A DNA stretch of 63,662 bases, filler included, from Nemertoderma westbladi (taxonomy: Eukaryota; Animalia; Xenacoelomorpha): assembly GCA_032718475.1 (NCBI GenBank). It is 4 parts of 4 records of this genome, joined end to end, with 100 filler letters (N's around TTAATTAATTAA, not from the genome) between each part and the next. Parts side by side here need not be neighbours in the genome. Positions count along the whole stretch, not along the records: positions 23,017 to 39,792 come from JAUCBJ010003904.1; positions 39,893 to 53,713 come from JAUCBJ010008078.1; 2 more parts are not named here. One strand, 5' to 3'. Below the pieces are notes generated by a model. It was not told the origin of the DNA. It made no database searches and was given only the letters and a program-made list of their open reading frames with translations. The position numbers and the translations under genes are program-made. The first letter of the stretch is position 1. Every line of letters begins with the position of its first letter. Shown here in pieces: positions 36,876 to 49,817 of the stretch.

Positions 36876-37510
36876 TGAATGTTTTATTGTTGTAAGATTG
36901 GTAGTAAGCCATTCAAGGAGACAGTTCATGCGTTAGTAGACGCGGACCTTTGCGCGATTTCGCGCTTGTTTATATATATTTTTACGTTAGAGTACGTTAG
37001 TCAGAGTTCAGTGACAGAATAAAGGTCATCCCAATTCGATGCCCAATTAATTTTTCCGCGTCTCACCCCCTAGAGCAACACTATGTGGGTTTTAATTATA
37101 CGGGAAATTGAATTGTAACTGTGTTGAAAGTAATGAGTTGGTGCCTGTAGAGTAGAATGCCGGAGGTCACACCTCTCTAGCTCTACTGTCAAGCTAATAA
37201 TACATTCTACCATTTCTTGCGTTGTATTCTGCCATTGAGTAATTGACATTTATTTTGAAAGATGGAAAGTCTATGTGATAACAAACTCAGGCACCAACTC
37301 CACTCCTGAAGATCGGCTGGTTGCTTTGTTAATAACTAGCTTATGATTGGTTGTTATTATTTAACTTTTGATTGGTTGGATACTAAGTTATTAACTATCT
37401 TTTACGATTGGTTGGTCGGTTATGTTTTATTCAATCAACTAATGATTAATTACTATTCACTATCTCAAGATTGCTTGTTTATTAACTATGTTTTGATTGG
37501 TTGATTACAG

Positions 37511-38254
37511 GCGATCCCTGGCGGCGGTCGGGTGGCGCGTTCTCGCGGCGGCTCGGGTGGTTCGGGGTTGCAGCAGTCGGTTCCGCAACATCCCGGAGTC
37601 GGGGGCGGCCATGGAACTGGCAACCAAACCGGGTTAGCCCCCTCTAGCGGCGGACCGGGGAACGGAGCCCCGCTCCAACCCAAGGACATCCATCCGACGC
37701 TGGACAAACTGAAGAACCAACACGATTACAACCCAAAGTCGCAGACTATCAACTCTAAGGAAGCGCGGTACTTCGTGATTAAATCATATTCGGAGGACGA
37801 CATACACCGCTCCATCAAGTATAACATCTGGTGTTCTACGGAGCACGGTAACAAGCGTCTAGACAGCGCGTACCGGGAGCGTCAGGACAAGGGACCCATC
37901 ATCCTGTTCTACAGCGTGAACGGCTCGGGCCACTTCTGCGGCGTCGCCCAGATGATGTCCACTGTGGACTATGATACAGCGACCGGCGTCTGGTCGCAGG
38001 ACAAGTGGAAGGGACGGTTCGAGGTCAAGTGGATATACGTGAAGGATGTGCCGAACTCTGCGTTGCGTCATATCCGGTTGAAGAACAACGAGAGCAAACC
38101 GGTGACTAACTCTCGCGACACCCAAGAGGTTCTCGCGGAGGAGGGCAGACAAGTGGTTAAAATCGTCCACAACTACAAACACTCGACCTCTATCTTCGAC
38201 GACTTCACTCACTACGAGAAACGCCAGGAAGAGGAAGAGCACCGCAAGCATTAA
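37511..38254 (+). CDS. YTHDF: YTHDF coding exon 2 containing the YTH domain
   Basis: Acceptor ttacAG|GCG is in frame with exon 1. [33 protein letters not shown]...[14 protein letters not shown]...[12 protein letters not shown]...[12 protein letters not shown]...SIFDDF; all three cage tryptophans are present. Confidence 0.96.
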   Translation, partial: AIPGGGRVARSRGGSGGSGLQQSVPQHPGVGGGHGTGNQTGLAPSSGGPGNGAPLQPKDIHPTLDKLKNQHDYNPKSQTINSKEARYFVIKSYSEDDIHRSIKYNIWCSTEHGNKRLDSAYRERQDKGPIILFYSVNGSGHFCGVAQMMSTVDYDTATGVWSQDKWKGRFEVKWIYVKDVPNSALRHIRLKNNESKPVTNSRDTQEVLAEEGRQVVKIVHNYKHSTSIFDDFTHYEKRQEEEEHRKH

Positions 38255-39557
38255 TTATAATAATAATTATTATTTTTCTCTTTTGTTTATTTACAGGCTG
38301 TGTTTAAGGTAATTTAGTACGGTAACCGTAGTAACAGGCACACACACACACACACCTATACACCAACACATCTCTTTATTACCCCCCATCCTCGCTATGT
38401 TACGTTAGATGCTCGAACGCACTTCGTATTAGTTGTAGTTTCGCTTATATTTTCCCGTTCCAACTAATAATAATTGTAGCTCTGGATATTTTCGCTCTTG
38501 TTTGCGCTATTTGTAGTCGTAATGATAGTTAGTTTAGTTTTATTAGTGGGTATATTCAGTGACCTTTTGGTCTTTAAATGTCCCGTTTAGTTTGTAATTG
38601 GTGGTTACCTTGGTAATATAATGATTATTAATCAATGTAAGTATATTATTGATATGATCGCACTTTACTAAAATATAATATTGTGCATGCGATTCCCAAA
38701 GGCTATTTTTGTTGTATTTCTTGTCTTTCTTGTACATATTATAATGCCATACCTCAGCGCTTTTGGCTCTAAGTATATTATAGGTAATGTACTCCGCTAT
38801 ACGTATTTGTTATCTGTTTTTTGCGCTGTTGTGTTTTTTTTTTGCTTTATTAAGGTGATTTCCATATTTTTGGTGAAGTGACGTTGTGTTTATCCTGATT
38901 ACGATAACTCTTGGTTGGAGTTTAAACTTGATTTCTTATAAAGTAATTAATCGTAAGATCTAAACGTTTGCTAAAATTTTACTAAGTAAATCATATAACC
39001 TATAATTATATTATTGGTAGTTATCATTTTGATTCAGTAAGTGTAAATTTACATTCAACCGGTACCGGTAAATATCCTATTTTGATTTGATTATTGATTA
39101 AAGATTCGGTGAAAGACTGCTTTCGTTTTTTGCACGAAATGTACGACATTTTTATTTCGCATTTGAAACATTACTTCACGTGCGTTGCGTATACATACAT
39201 ACATACATACAGCTCGGCGTAAAGTACACAGCAAGTCTGCAATAAGCAGATATGTATACCTTATTTTGTGACTGGCGTTCTTCTTACTACCTCTTGTGAC
39301 CCAGCCCCCCCCCCCCCCCCCCCCCCCCCTTCACCATTAGCGGGTTGTTTTGGAATCGCACCCTTAATGCATTTCTGTGCCGTTAAGTCTTAAGTCCTAT
39401 ATATAAAGAAATATAAATAACACGATTGAGTTTAGTAAAACTGAACTAAAGTTGAAAGGGAAGTAATGTTTCAGTTTTGAAATGAAATTAAACGTCATTA
39501 TTAGAACACTATTTCCATTTCCGTTTGTAATTTCACTATTCATTTACGATTATTGGA

Positions 39558-39792
39558 AGTGCAAGCTTGACACTTGAACGGAGCCGCCTCCGCTTTGCAG
39601 GACATTGCGTTTACCTTGTGGAACAGCCCGTGCACAATCTTTTAATAGAAATAATACGCATTGTGGACAGCCATGACTTTCTTGTTATGCGCCTGCCTAG
39701 CCTGGAACAGGCGGATAATTTCGCGAAAGTCATTGGGGGTAGGGATTTGTGGCGGTGCAATTTTGTCGATAAGCCGACATAGCATTCTTAAT
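39558..39792 (+). mobile_element. Degraded 3' fragment of the same RTE family as 24723-26369
   Basis: SLTLERSRLRFAGHC...QPVHNL...RDLWRCNFVDKP matches the C-terminus of the 24770 ORF. Confidence 0.88.
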
Positions 39793-39892
39793 NNNNNNNN
39801 NNNNNNNNNNNNNNNNNNNNNNNNNNNNNNNNNNNNTTAATTAATTAANNNNNNNNNNNNNNNNNNNNNNNNNNNNNNNNNNNNNNNNNNNN
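39793..39892. other. Assembly gap linker
   Basis: N44-TTAATTAATTAA-N44. Confidence 0.98.
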
Positions 39893-40318
39893 AGGCCTAG
39901 AGTTTAAAATTCCACTTTTTTTTAAAATTCAACTTTTGGAGTAGCTTTCGAAATACTGAAATATGGAATTGGAATCCATTACTGGTATTCCATTGTATAA
40001 TAATTATGACATTCAGCGGTAGCCTAATTAAATACATCTAATAAATTCCCATAGTATTTAAGCTAATTTGCAAATGTAATTACTTAAAATGTTTTAAAAA
40101 AAGTGTTCCCGACGGTGAAAGTTTTTATTCCATCGGTAATGAGGGTTAATTTTTCGAGTTACATCCATAAAAACAATAAAAACACCCCTTATGTCACGTC
40201 TTGGGGGCCTTCTGCGTCTCTTGCCATTTTAGAGTTGAATTTACAACTTAAAAGTTGAATTTAAAAAAAAAAGTTTTAAATTTGAACTCAATTGAAATTT
40301 GAACTTCTCCCCGACTGG

Positions 40319-40776
40319 CATAACTCTGCCAAACTTGTAGGCCTGCCGGTACCATAGCAGTCCCAGAGTACACCAGGCAGCAGGCACTACAGACTGCGAT
40401 TTAGCTAGGCCTACAGCCAGACAGCGCTAGGTAGTAGCTACCGGCACCCTGTCAGCCAGTTACTGCTGTACTGGTATCTCATAAAGCTAGAGTACTTGGC
40501 AGCATGGGTATATGTTCCTAACTCCGTCATTCTGGTATTCCTGTATTCAGTCTGTTCACCCAAATTCAAATGGGTACGTTTGGACTGACTGACTGATCTT
40601 CGTCCTGTCGGCATCCAATTGGAATGTTTTAACTACCGGTAGCGGTAGGCCTATCTGCCTAAACAACCTCCATAACTCTGCCAAACTCGGTACCATAGCA
40701 GTCCCAGATTACACCGGGCACTACAGACAGACTGCGATTTAGCTAGGCCTACAGCGCTAGGTAGTAGCTACCGGCA
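40319..40776. repeat. Dispersed direct repeat of about 110-125 bp
   Basis: cataactctgccaaact...ggtagtagctaccggca at about 40319-40446 and 40671-40776. Confidence 0.85.
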
Positions 40777-43384
40777 TAGGTCAGTAGTATGAACACAGTT
40801 TTTGGAGCATACTACCAACTACTGACTTTTGCTGAACCAGGCTGACGACTCAGCAGTTTAATTAATTGCAGCCAGGAGTGGATAAATTATTAATTAATTT
40901 GGGAAACTTTACTAATTAGTAAAATCATTAATTAGTTCGATTCAAAAGATTTTAGAATAATTATCATTTGTAAAATAGTAAACCGCTTTGATACATGTTG
41001 TGAATAAGTATTTGGGAGGCGGGGGGGGCAAAGCCCCCCCGCCAATTAGGTAATTATGTAATTAGTTAATTACTAATTAACAGTAGGAGATACGGCATCG
41101 GCGCCAGAGACTTTTTTGAGTAGAATAAAATTCCAAACAATTTTGTGATGTTACGTTTTTTCATAGCTCTTAGTGTTTTCGAGTTACAACGCTAATTAGT
41201 TTTTGGCTAATTAGTACTAATTAACAGTAATAGGTGGGCCATAGCGATGACTGAACTTTTTTTAGATCTTACCGAGATGAACAAAAAAAAACACCGTTGC
41301 TAGGGGAAAAACCAAATACTTTTCGAGAAAAATCAATTAGAAATCTTTAATCGCTAATTACTAATTAATTAATTAACAGATTTTTTCCACAAAAACTCCT
41401 AGCTATCGTGCTAGGGCCATCTACCAGATTGCGCAAACAGAATCGTTCTAGCTTTCGCCGTTCTCCTGGAAAAATCCTTTAAAGATCCACCTAAAAAAAG
41501 ATCAAAGCAAAATGCCTACTTGATAAGGAGTGATACTAGACCAATAAATTATGAGGTTTGAAGTTGGTGTTGATGTTGGTTTCTATGTTCCGTTAAATAG
41601 GCTGCAGTATCTATGCCTCATAATTCTCTGTCGAGCCTTTGGCTCTCCGGTTGCAGCCAGACCATCCAGTTAGGTACAATGGCCAAATCTGGCAACCTCA
41701 AAAGTTGCCACATATGGCAATGTTTATTGCCAAATCTGGCAACTTTTGGTTTTTCTAATTTTCGCACGCCCAGATGCCAGAAGCAAAATCGCATTTTGGT
41801 AAATAGGTAGGCCTACCGGTAAGCAGGTAAGTGAAAAGAGCGCAAAATTTAAATATAATTGACAGTAGGCCTATAAGAAAAAAAACGTCTGAATTTCTCT
41901 TAGCAATACAGCAATAGGCCGAAATGTGCCTAAAATAATTATTGCCATTTTTGGCAACATTATTATTAATTATTGTGCAGCCCTGTCAGTCAGTCAGTTA
42001 CCGGTACTCTGTCCTGTCCCTGTCATTGTAAATTACTTCAAAATTGCTTACTGCTTGCTTACCCTTGTCGAGTTGTGATGATTTATAAACATTAGTCGAT
42101 GAAATGTCAGAATGTATAGGCCTATGATATGTTGTTAATACAGTAATATGTTAATGGACAGATGGATGAGTTTGTAACCAGGCTGCCAGGTAACAGATAC
42201 CGTACTGGCAGCCTGGCACGCTGGCAGCCTGGTACATCTGCAGATCTGTATGGCTGTATGGTATAGGCAGGCATAAACAAAACTAAAGAATCACATGCTT
42301 CAAAGGCTGAAATGGAACTAAACGTAATAAAATTTGACAACGTGAACATCACCCAGTCACCATAAGGCAACAAGCAGGCAAGGGGGCATTAACCCTCCCC
42401 CGGTAACGTGGGGTAAAATAATACCCCAAGGGGATTACTTTTGATATTTTTCGACAATCTTTCATATTATGTATGTCCAACTTGGCAACTTCATAGTATC
42501 TTCCAAAAAACTTGTAATCTAACGATTGTGTGGGTCAAACCCATAAAATTTTGTTTATGAAAAATGTTATGGGCCCTTAATTTGAAAACAACTTAGTTAG
42601 GTAAGATGGGGTATAAAAATACCCCATAACGTTATGGTGCTTTGTGACTCATTTTGGTTTCATTGGAACCACAATTGTCGATTTAGTTGTACTAGACAGC
42701 TAGAGGCATGTTTTAACTTTGACTTTTAAGACCAAATTATCAGTATTATGAAGCTACTGTATTGTGTATGGCCTGTATTTCACAAGCCAAGACTTCGGAG
42801 GTAGAATAAAACGTCTGTCCTTATCTGATCTGATCTGATCTGACAGCATCTGATCCTACAACCAATCAGGAGAAAGAAATATAATATTTACCTAACTGTC
42901 TGATAGGTACATAGCCAATACAGCAATAGCTGAATAGGAGATCACGTTTCAGGTTGCCTGTTACGTATCAGTATCATCATATGAAGTAGCAGTACAGGCA
43001 TACCGGTATGCATCTAATGCACAAAGGCGTGTTATTATACAGGGTGTTCCACAAAATTTGACACGTTTTTGTTTTTTAATAACTTTGCGCGATCTCAACC
43101 TAATTTCCTAGTTTTGGTGGCAATCGGAAGCCGAAAGATAAATTTAAACTTTGGTTTGGGTACGGCATGTTTTAGTTGCTATGGAAACTTAATGTTGCTA
43201 TATAAAACAAGAGTTTGATTATCCACTTAATTTTACTATAAATATAAAGGTATAAAACTGCACATATTAGTGAAATAATGAAACATATAGGTAGTGGGCT
43301 AAAATAGTTTAATATTGGGTAAGTTTACAATGAGTTTACTACTACTTTATACTAATTTAATTTAATTAATTGTAATAATTTACT

Positions 43385-44236
43385 ACTAATACACTTCAAT
43401 ATGTCCTCCTCCAATATGCTGGACGTGATCCAGTCTTCTGCGCATCTCCTTGAAGCAATTAGCGAAGTGAATGAACTAAATGAACTGAAACAATGAACTA
43501 AAGTTGAGGAACCGTCTTCAGTTCCTCAACATTTTAAAGATTCTGGGCGTACACTAGATTCTTCACATGCCCCCATAGACTAAAATCCAAGGGAGTCATG
43601 TCTGGTGATCGTGGCGGCCACTTTCAGGAGCATCTCGACCAATCCATCGTCCCTGGAAGTTTTCATTGAGAAACTCTCTTACCAATAAGCCCCAGTGGGG
43701 TGGTGCACCGTCTTGTTGGAAGATTGCCGTGGAGAGATTTGATAACTGGGGAACAAAGTAGTCATTTAGCAAGTCTAGGTAAGAGAACTTGTTTACAGTA
43801 GAATGGGGGAAGAAATAGGAGCCAATTAGTTTGGTTTTGGACATCGCAGCCCACACTGTAACCTTTGGAGTATCCCTAAACTTTTCTACAATTTTATGAG
43901 GATTCTCCTTTCCCCAAATCTTACAATTCCATCTGTTTACTTGGCCGTTGATATGAAAAGTTGCCTCGTCGCTGAAGAACACGTTACTCAGGTCCTTATC
44001 ATGGAGGTACTCTGCTATTTTAGAAGCGGCTTCTACTCGTGTTGAATAATCTGAGGATTGTAGTCCATGAACGACTTGGAGTTTGTAAGCTCTAAAGTGG
44101 AGATTCTTTGCACTCCTATGCAAACATCCAAGACTAACATTTGGAGCCAATGATGCTCTACGTAATGAGGTTTCTGGGTGTGCGGTTAAATATTGGCCAA
44201 TATTATTAACAACATTTTCACTAAGGGTCAGTCTGG
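43385..44236 (-). pseudogene. DD41D transposase, frameshifted near 43620 and lacking its N-terminus
   Basis: ORF 43596..44264 plus continuation LDFSLWGHVKNLVY...RRLDHVQHIGGGHIE. Confidence 0.88.
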
Positions 44237-44820
44237 AATTGGAATTGGAATTATTTATTAACAATAAAATATACAGTAAAATATACGGGTAATTGAAATA
44301 AAAGACATGACTGTCATAGGGTCAATCCACTGAGGGTAAAAAGTCTAAAAACAACAAACAAACAAACAAACAGTGCATAGCATAATATTTGTATATATAA
44401 GTAAATGTATATATTGGCTGTTAGAGTCAAATCGCGGTGACAGTGTTGTGTAGGTACTGTATGGTATGTGGTGTGTGTATTATTAGTGTATAGTGCGTTT
44501 GTACAGTATTTGTCTGAGTTGCGGTTCGGTCCGGTAGGTTTCAGGTGCGCTTGTTTCTCTTAGTGTCCTTTATACTGGGAGTTAGTTTATTGTTCAGGAT
44601 AGCCCCAAGAGACTGCGTCTCGTTTTCATGGGGGTCCTGTCGGTTCGGTGTTGTCGAAGTTGTGTGTGTAGTGTAGTCTACCGGAACCTTTCTTACGCAA
44701 AAGCGTTTTTTCGTTTCGAAATTTAATGACAATCCTAGATATGTCTTTTCTTGTAGGTCGCCTTTCTCCAGGATATTTATGGGAATACTGTAGTGATACA
44801 AGTTTTGCAGATTTCAGCTC
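44237..44820 (-). mobile_element. Probable LINE 3' fragment inserted in the mariner element
   Basis: On the minus strand aataaat is followed by an (AATTCC)3 tail abutting the transposase ORF. Upstream YSIP...K text resembles CR1-group C-termini. Confidence 0.45.
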
Positions 44821-46289
44821 AAAAAAACTTACTTATGATGAAAACTTTCTGATCTCCAGAAAACATATTAGTTATTAAATTGACATCTAAATGTAACCAA
44901 AAAAGTTTATATGCTGTTATTATGTAGTGACTGTAGGCCTAACCATGAAGACATCAATAACAGTAGACAACCAATATGCAACACATGTACCAATATGTAA
45001 CAAATGCACAATTAAAACACACTTAAGGGTACAGATAGTGATGATGTTGTCTAGAATAAATAAATTTAGATTGTTACTATGACTTCACTAATACTTAATT
45101 TAGATCAATATTTAAAATTTGTCTTATATTCAACATCTTCCTCATAAATTAGCTGAGAACATTTCATACTATTTTTCAGAATAAGTGTTAATGTGAATAA
45201 TGTATGTTACCATTGCAACTAAAATATTCCATACCCAAACCAAAGTTTAAGATTATCTTTTGGCTTCAAATTGCCACCAAAACTAGGAAATTAGGTTGAG
45301 ATCGCGTAAAGTTATTAAATAACAAAAACGTGTCAAATTTTGTGGAACACCCTGTATATTAAAAATGCGATATACAGTAGGATCAGGATGAAGGATGGCG
45401 GGTATGAAAGTTGTGTGATTGTCCCAGCAAACATGGATAGTTTCAGATGTAAACAACTTTCGTAGATTTAGTTGGTGTTGAAACAGTAAACTTTAAAACA
45501 TTAAAACAATACAGCATTTGCTGCAATATTTTTTTGGTAAATCTTTCTTGTTAATAGTTATCATTATTAATAGTTAAAGTTAATTATATTAATTATAATT
45601 AATATTATTAATTAAGTACGGTAATGATACTTATTAATATATTACATTTAAAATATTTATTGTTTGTTTGTTAGGCCTACGCTAAACAGCAATTCCACGC
45701 GTGTCACAGCGTGACATTTGACTATTTTTTAACTTTTGGCGCCTTGCTATATTTTACAAGATAGTATTTTGTAAAAGATTTTACTTGATATTTTTGCAAG
45801 AGATACCATTGATTCATTATAACAATAAAAAATTCTGAAATCACTTTGTAAAAATACTGATAAGACACTACATAACAAAAAGTCACAGCGTGACAGAAAT
45901 CGGACATCAATAAACACTGCTCAAATGTTAATGTAAAGTTCTGCTCTCCAGGAGATTGTTTTGCTTTAAAACGTTTTGTGCTTTTATATTAACAACAGAT
46001 AAATAAAAAAGTAATGTAGTTAAATACTTGTTGGTTTTTTCCTTGTATAGCCATACCCTTTAACTGTTTTTAATCCTTGTCACAGCGTGACGTCACGGTG
46101 TGATGCTATTTGTCTGCCATCATTAGAACACACTTCTAGCAGTCATATGACACTGATATTAATACCATTTGAACCACAATGATAGACTTAGTGGGGATAT
46201 ACACATTCAGAATGGGGATGCAGTTATTATTTCTCGAGATATTGTAAAGAGGCTAGGGTATAGAGGGTAAAGAGACTTGGGTATAGAGC

Positions 46290-46510
46290 AAGTGATTATT
46301 TAGAAACAATATCAAATGTAATTATTTTGAAACAATATCAAATGTAATTAATTTAGAAGCAATATCAAATGTAATTATTTAGTAACAATATCAAATGTAA
46401 TTATTTAGAAACAATATCAAATGTAATTATTTAGAAACAATTTCAAATATAATTATTTAAAAGCAACATCGAATGTAATTATTTAGAAACAATATCAAAT
46501 GTAATTTATT
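46290..46510. repeat. 26-bp minisatellite aattatttagaaacaatatcaaatgt, about 8 copies
   Basis: Directly visible. Confidence 0.93.
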
Positions 46511-46631
46511 TAAAAAATTTATGGTATTATTAACCATGGCTAAAGATCTGTTAAACCATGGCTAAAGAGTCTAGAGTTCTATAAAATCTAGAATTTTAGT
46601 ACTATCGGGTTGCAGAGTGTTCTATAAAAGT

Positions 46632-48776
46632 CTAGAATCTTAATTCCTTTCGGGTTGCACAGAAGAGATGTAGAACACGTTTATATTCTGCTGCATCTAG
46701 AGAATGAATTAGTAAGTGTTGAGTTCCAGCTATAAGTTGAGGCTCTTTAATTTCACAAAGTTTATGAGTATAGTTGTACTGTTTAACATGGTCATTGCTA
46801 GCTGAGGATGGGACAAAACGATTGGGGCCAATCACCTTCATAAAACTAATATCTACCAGTTGATCACCATTCCCACTATCTACAACATTTTCAATACACC
46901 CGGGTACAAAGTTATCATCGTATATTGCAGCTAACCAGGAACCTATGAGAGGAGCTTTCACACAGTTCACACTACGTGGTGTTTCACCTTCAACACAACT
47001 TTCCCTTGGTAACTGTGTGAAGGAATTCAAGTCCTCCCCTATACAGTAGGATGCTGAGGAGTATGTTCTCATCTCCAACTTATCCTGATAATATCTGAGC
47101 TGGTGGGCTTTAAAGATTCCTGGTAAAGGTGGTGCATTCGCAAATATTTCCTCAATCTCGCCTTCAAGCAGTGATGCAATTGCTGCATGTGATATGAAAT
47201 TGGCTTTAATAGTACTCTCTGCCTGTAGGAAACTCATGTAAAAGGAATGTGCATCACTAACTGGTGGATCCATTCGTTTAAAAATGTTAGTAGACACTAG
47301 CCGTTTCACTGTTCCCCCAATACCATCAACTGGTCCCTTGCCATGGGAAGTGGCAAAAAAATTCCAGGTTATTTCGATCTTATGTTTCTTCATCAACCAT
47401 GGTATAGCTGCAGCAATATACCTGTTCTTAAATTGGTTACTTGGGCCATCAGACCATATGTGTAGCTCGGTGATACCACTCCTTTCTTCTTTAATCTGTG
47501 TCCCAATTATGTGATCCACAAATACAATTATTGAACCTTTGGTATGGTCTAAATCATCTGAAATTACAACTGAAGATATACAATAATCCTGATTCCAAAT
47601 ACAGGATGGAAATAATGTTACTTGTTTCGAATTCCAATGTGCTGACTAAATTTCATCCTGCCAAAACAGAGAGAAATTTTCCGAGAAATCGACTTGCAGA
47701 ATAGCTACATTGGCTCTTGTAGGAAGTTGGATCTCCAACTTAGTTTTCTGATATTCATCTGACTGCTTTTGCTTAATGAAATAGTGCAAGAGGAATTGTG
47801 GTAGGAGTGAGCTAAAGTGATCGTAAAGGACTTCAACAGTTCCATGTTTCCGGACCTTCTCTTCTCGATCCTTGCCATCAAATCCTGTGGCTTTCTCCCA
47901 TTGATAACACATTGTCTGTTTTGACTTCAGCTCACTATCGAGTGGATATACTTCATGAAATCCAACTGCGTTATTGCACTTTGAACACTCATTATTCCAG
48001 CAAATCTCAGTTGGATCGTCACATACAACCTGCAATGGAAACTCATGAGAATATAGTGGAAATTTGTTATCCAGACGATGTAGTACTTCCAAACACAATA
48101 TCACATTCTGGTGATACTTGCAGGTGCAAACATTGTGGGGGATTTCGCTTACATGCAGCACTTGCTTTGGCTTCAGATCGGCAAACTTCGTTTTTTTTAC
48201 TGGAATAGAAGGGTGAAGCTTTTTAAAGAGACTGTACACTTCCATGACTGTCATTAACAGGTGCCTTTTTTGAAATATATGTTTATCCCCATTATCATCC
48301 CACACAGCGATGGTGTCACGTTTGCCTGGGGCTTGTCTGGAAATATCGTCGCGGGAATAGAACTCTTCAATAATTAAAACATTTTCTTTTGACAGTTTAT
48401 TATGAGGTTCTTTTGGTTTATGATCATCAGCTATTTCAAGTTTTGCACTTAATGCAAGCCTCCTAATAACTTTTTGTTTCTTCCTTGGGGATTTCGGAAG
48501 GTGACTTGTCACCCGATGCACTGCCCTCCCCAGTGTGCTTATAGATTTGTAGGGGGAAGCTGAGTCCGCTACTGGTATAGGAGTACGGGTTTGATTTTTA
48601 ACTTTGTCCCTATGTTTCTGTTGCCTTATCCGATCTCGTAGTCTCACGTATTCCGGTGCGCTTTTCCTCCGCTGCTTTTTCTGTGCCGCCTCTTTGGATT
48701 TGATATAAGATTCTCCAAACTTTTCTTTTTGTTTCGCTCGGTATCGTTTCTGTCTTTCAGCATGTGTTAAAGGCAT
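46632..48776 (-). pseudogene. 714-codon Sola2-like transposase with a single in-frame stop
   Basis: ORFs 47646..48776 and 46632..47519 are in frame: QVDFSENFS..QDEI*SAHWNSKQVTLF...WSDGPSNQFKNRY...FFATSHGKGPVDGIGGTVKR, with a CTCKYHQN Cys-rich region. The superfamily call is from recalled motifs. Confidence 0.75.
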
Positions 48777-49817
48777 TTCTTATCTAGGAATTTTATTGTC
48801 AATCAAATACTGATAAACCAAGTAGGCCTATAAAGCTACATAGACAGATAGAGTAGGGTCATTACATAGGCTAGCCTCTCTAACAAAGTGAAGAATCCTG
48901 CCTAACACTACTAGGGATATATTTTAAACAATAAAACCAATATTTAAGAAAGCCTACTTCACAATATGGACTACAATATAACATTTACCTTCAATGTCAG
49001 ACAGCATAATTATAGACAGAAAGAAAGTAGTATCCATCCACCAATACAGCAATTAACAGGCCTGCAGTTGTGGATGTATCAAATATCTGGCCCAGCCAAC
49101 AGGTGTGTAGCATTGGATGCAAATTAGGCCTACCAGTCAGCCATTACCGGTACCATGTACTGTACTGTCCTTGACATTTCACCATTTCTTGAAAAAAATT
49201 AAATTTGGCGCAATTTTTTATACATGAAGTTAAAGGTTATGAATTGTCACGGTGTGACACAGATAATAGTGTCACAGCATGACTGATTTTATTCACAAAA
49301 AAAATCACTTATTTATGTTATCTGTGGTCTAATACATTCATATTTACTGTTTCATATACGATATTTTGTAGATCAGAAAGAAAAACGGGTAATTATGATT
49401 TATTCTTCAATTATTTAAAAAAAGGTGTATAAAAAGTCACACCGTGACAAGTCACAGCGTGACATAGTGAGGACAACTTTTAATTCCGAAAATTGAATAA
49501 GTCGTGGCTATTATTGATATTATAACATCTCAATTACAAAATAAGACATAGAACCATACAAAAATTCATTTAATATCAAAAAATGTATTGCTCAGGTATA
49601 CAGGGCAAGCCTAGAAAGTGGTATAACATTTATGAAATTCAAAACTAAAAAAAGTATAAAAGTTAGGCAATTTGCCATGCTATTAAGTTTTTAAGTTGAC
49701 TAGCTGTTCAAAACGGTCCTACTAATTACCCCAACCTACCACAATCTACCCCAACCTACCACAATCTACCCCAACCTACCACAATATTCCGCAATCTACT
49801 CCAACAATTCGATAGAG

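Larger units (their letters stand above)
43040..45354 (-). mobile_element. Tc1/mariner DD41D (rosa/Visitor-type) transposon, disrupted
   Basis: TA|cagggtgttccacaaaatttgacacg...cgtgtcaaattttgtggaacaccctg|TA with TIRs of about 150 bp. Transposase FSDEATFH, QQDGAPPH, then after a frameshift WPPRSPDMTPLD; 41 residues between the second and third Asp. Confidence 0.9.
45700..49465 (-). mobile_element. Sola2-like DNA transposon; termini not resolved
   Basis: The transposase below is flanked on both sides by the repeated near-palindrome GTCACAGCGTGAC or variants (about 45703, 45882, 46079, 49246, 49271, 49436, 49451). Confidence 0.6.

Noticed and set aside
42389-42640. piggyBac-like MITE
   Set aside because: Left end TTAAccct is present, but the right end is incomplete and has no TTAA.
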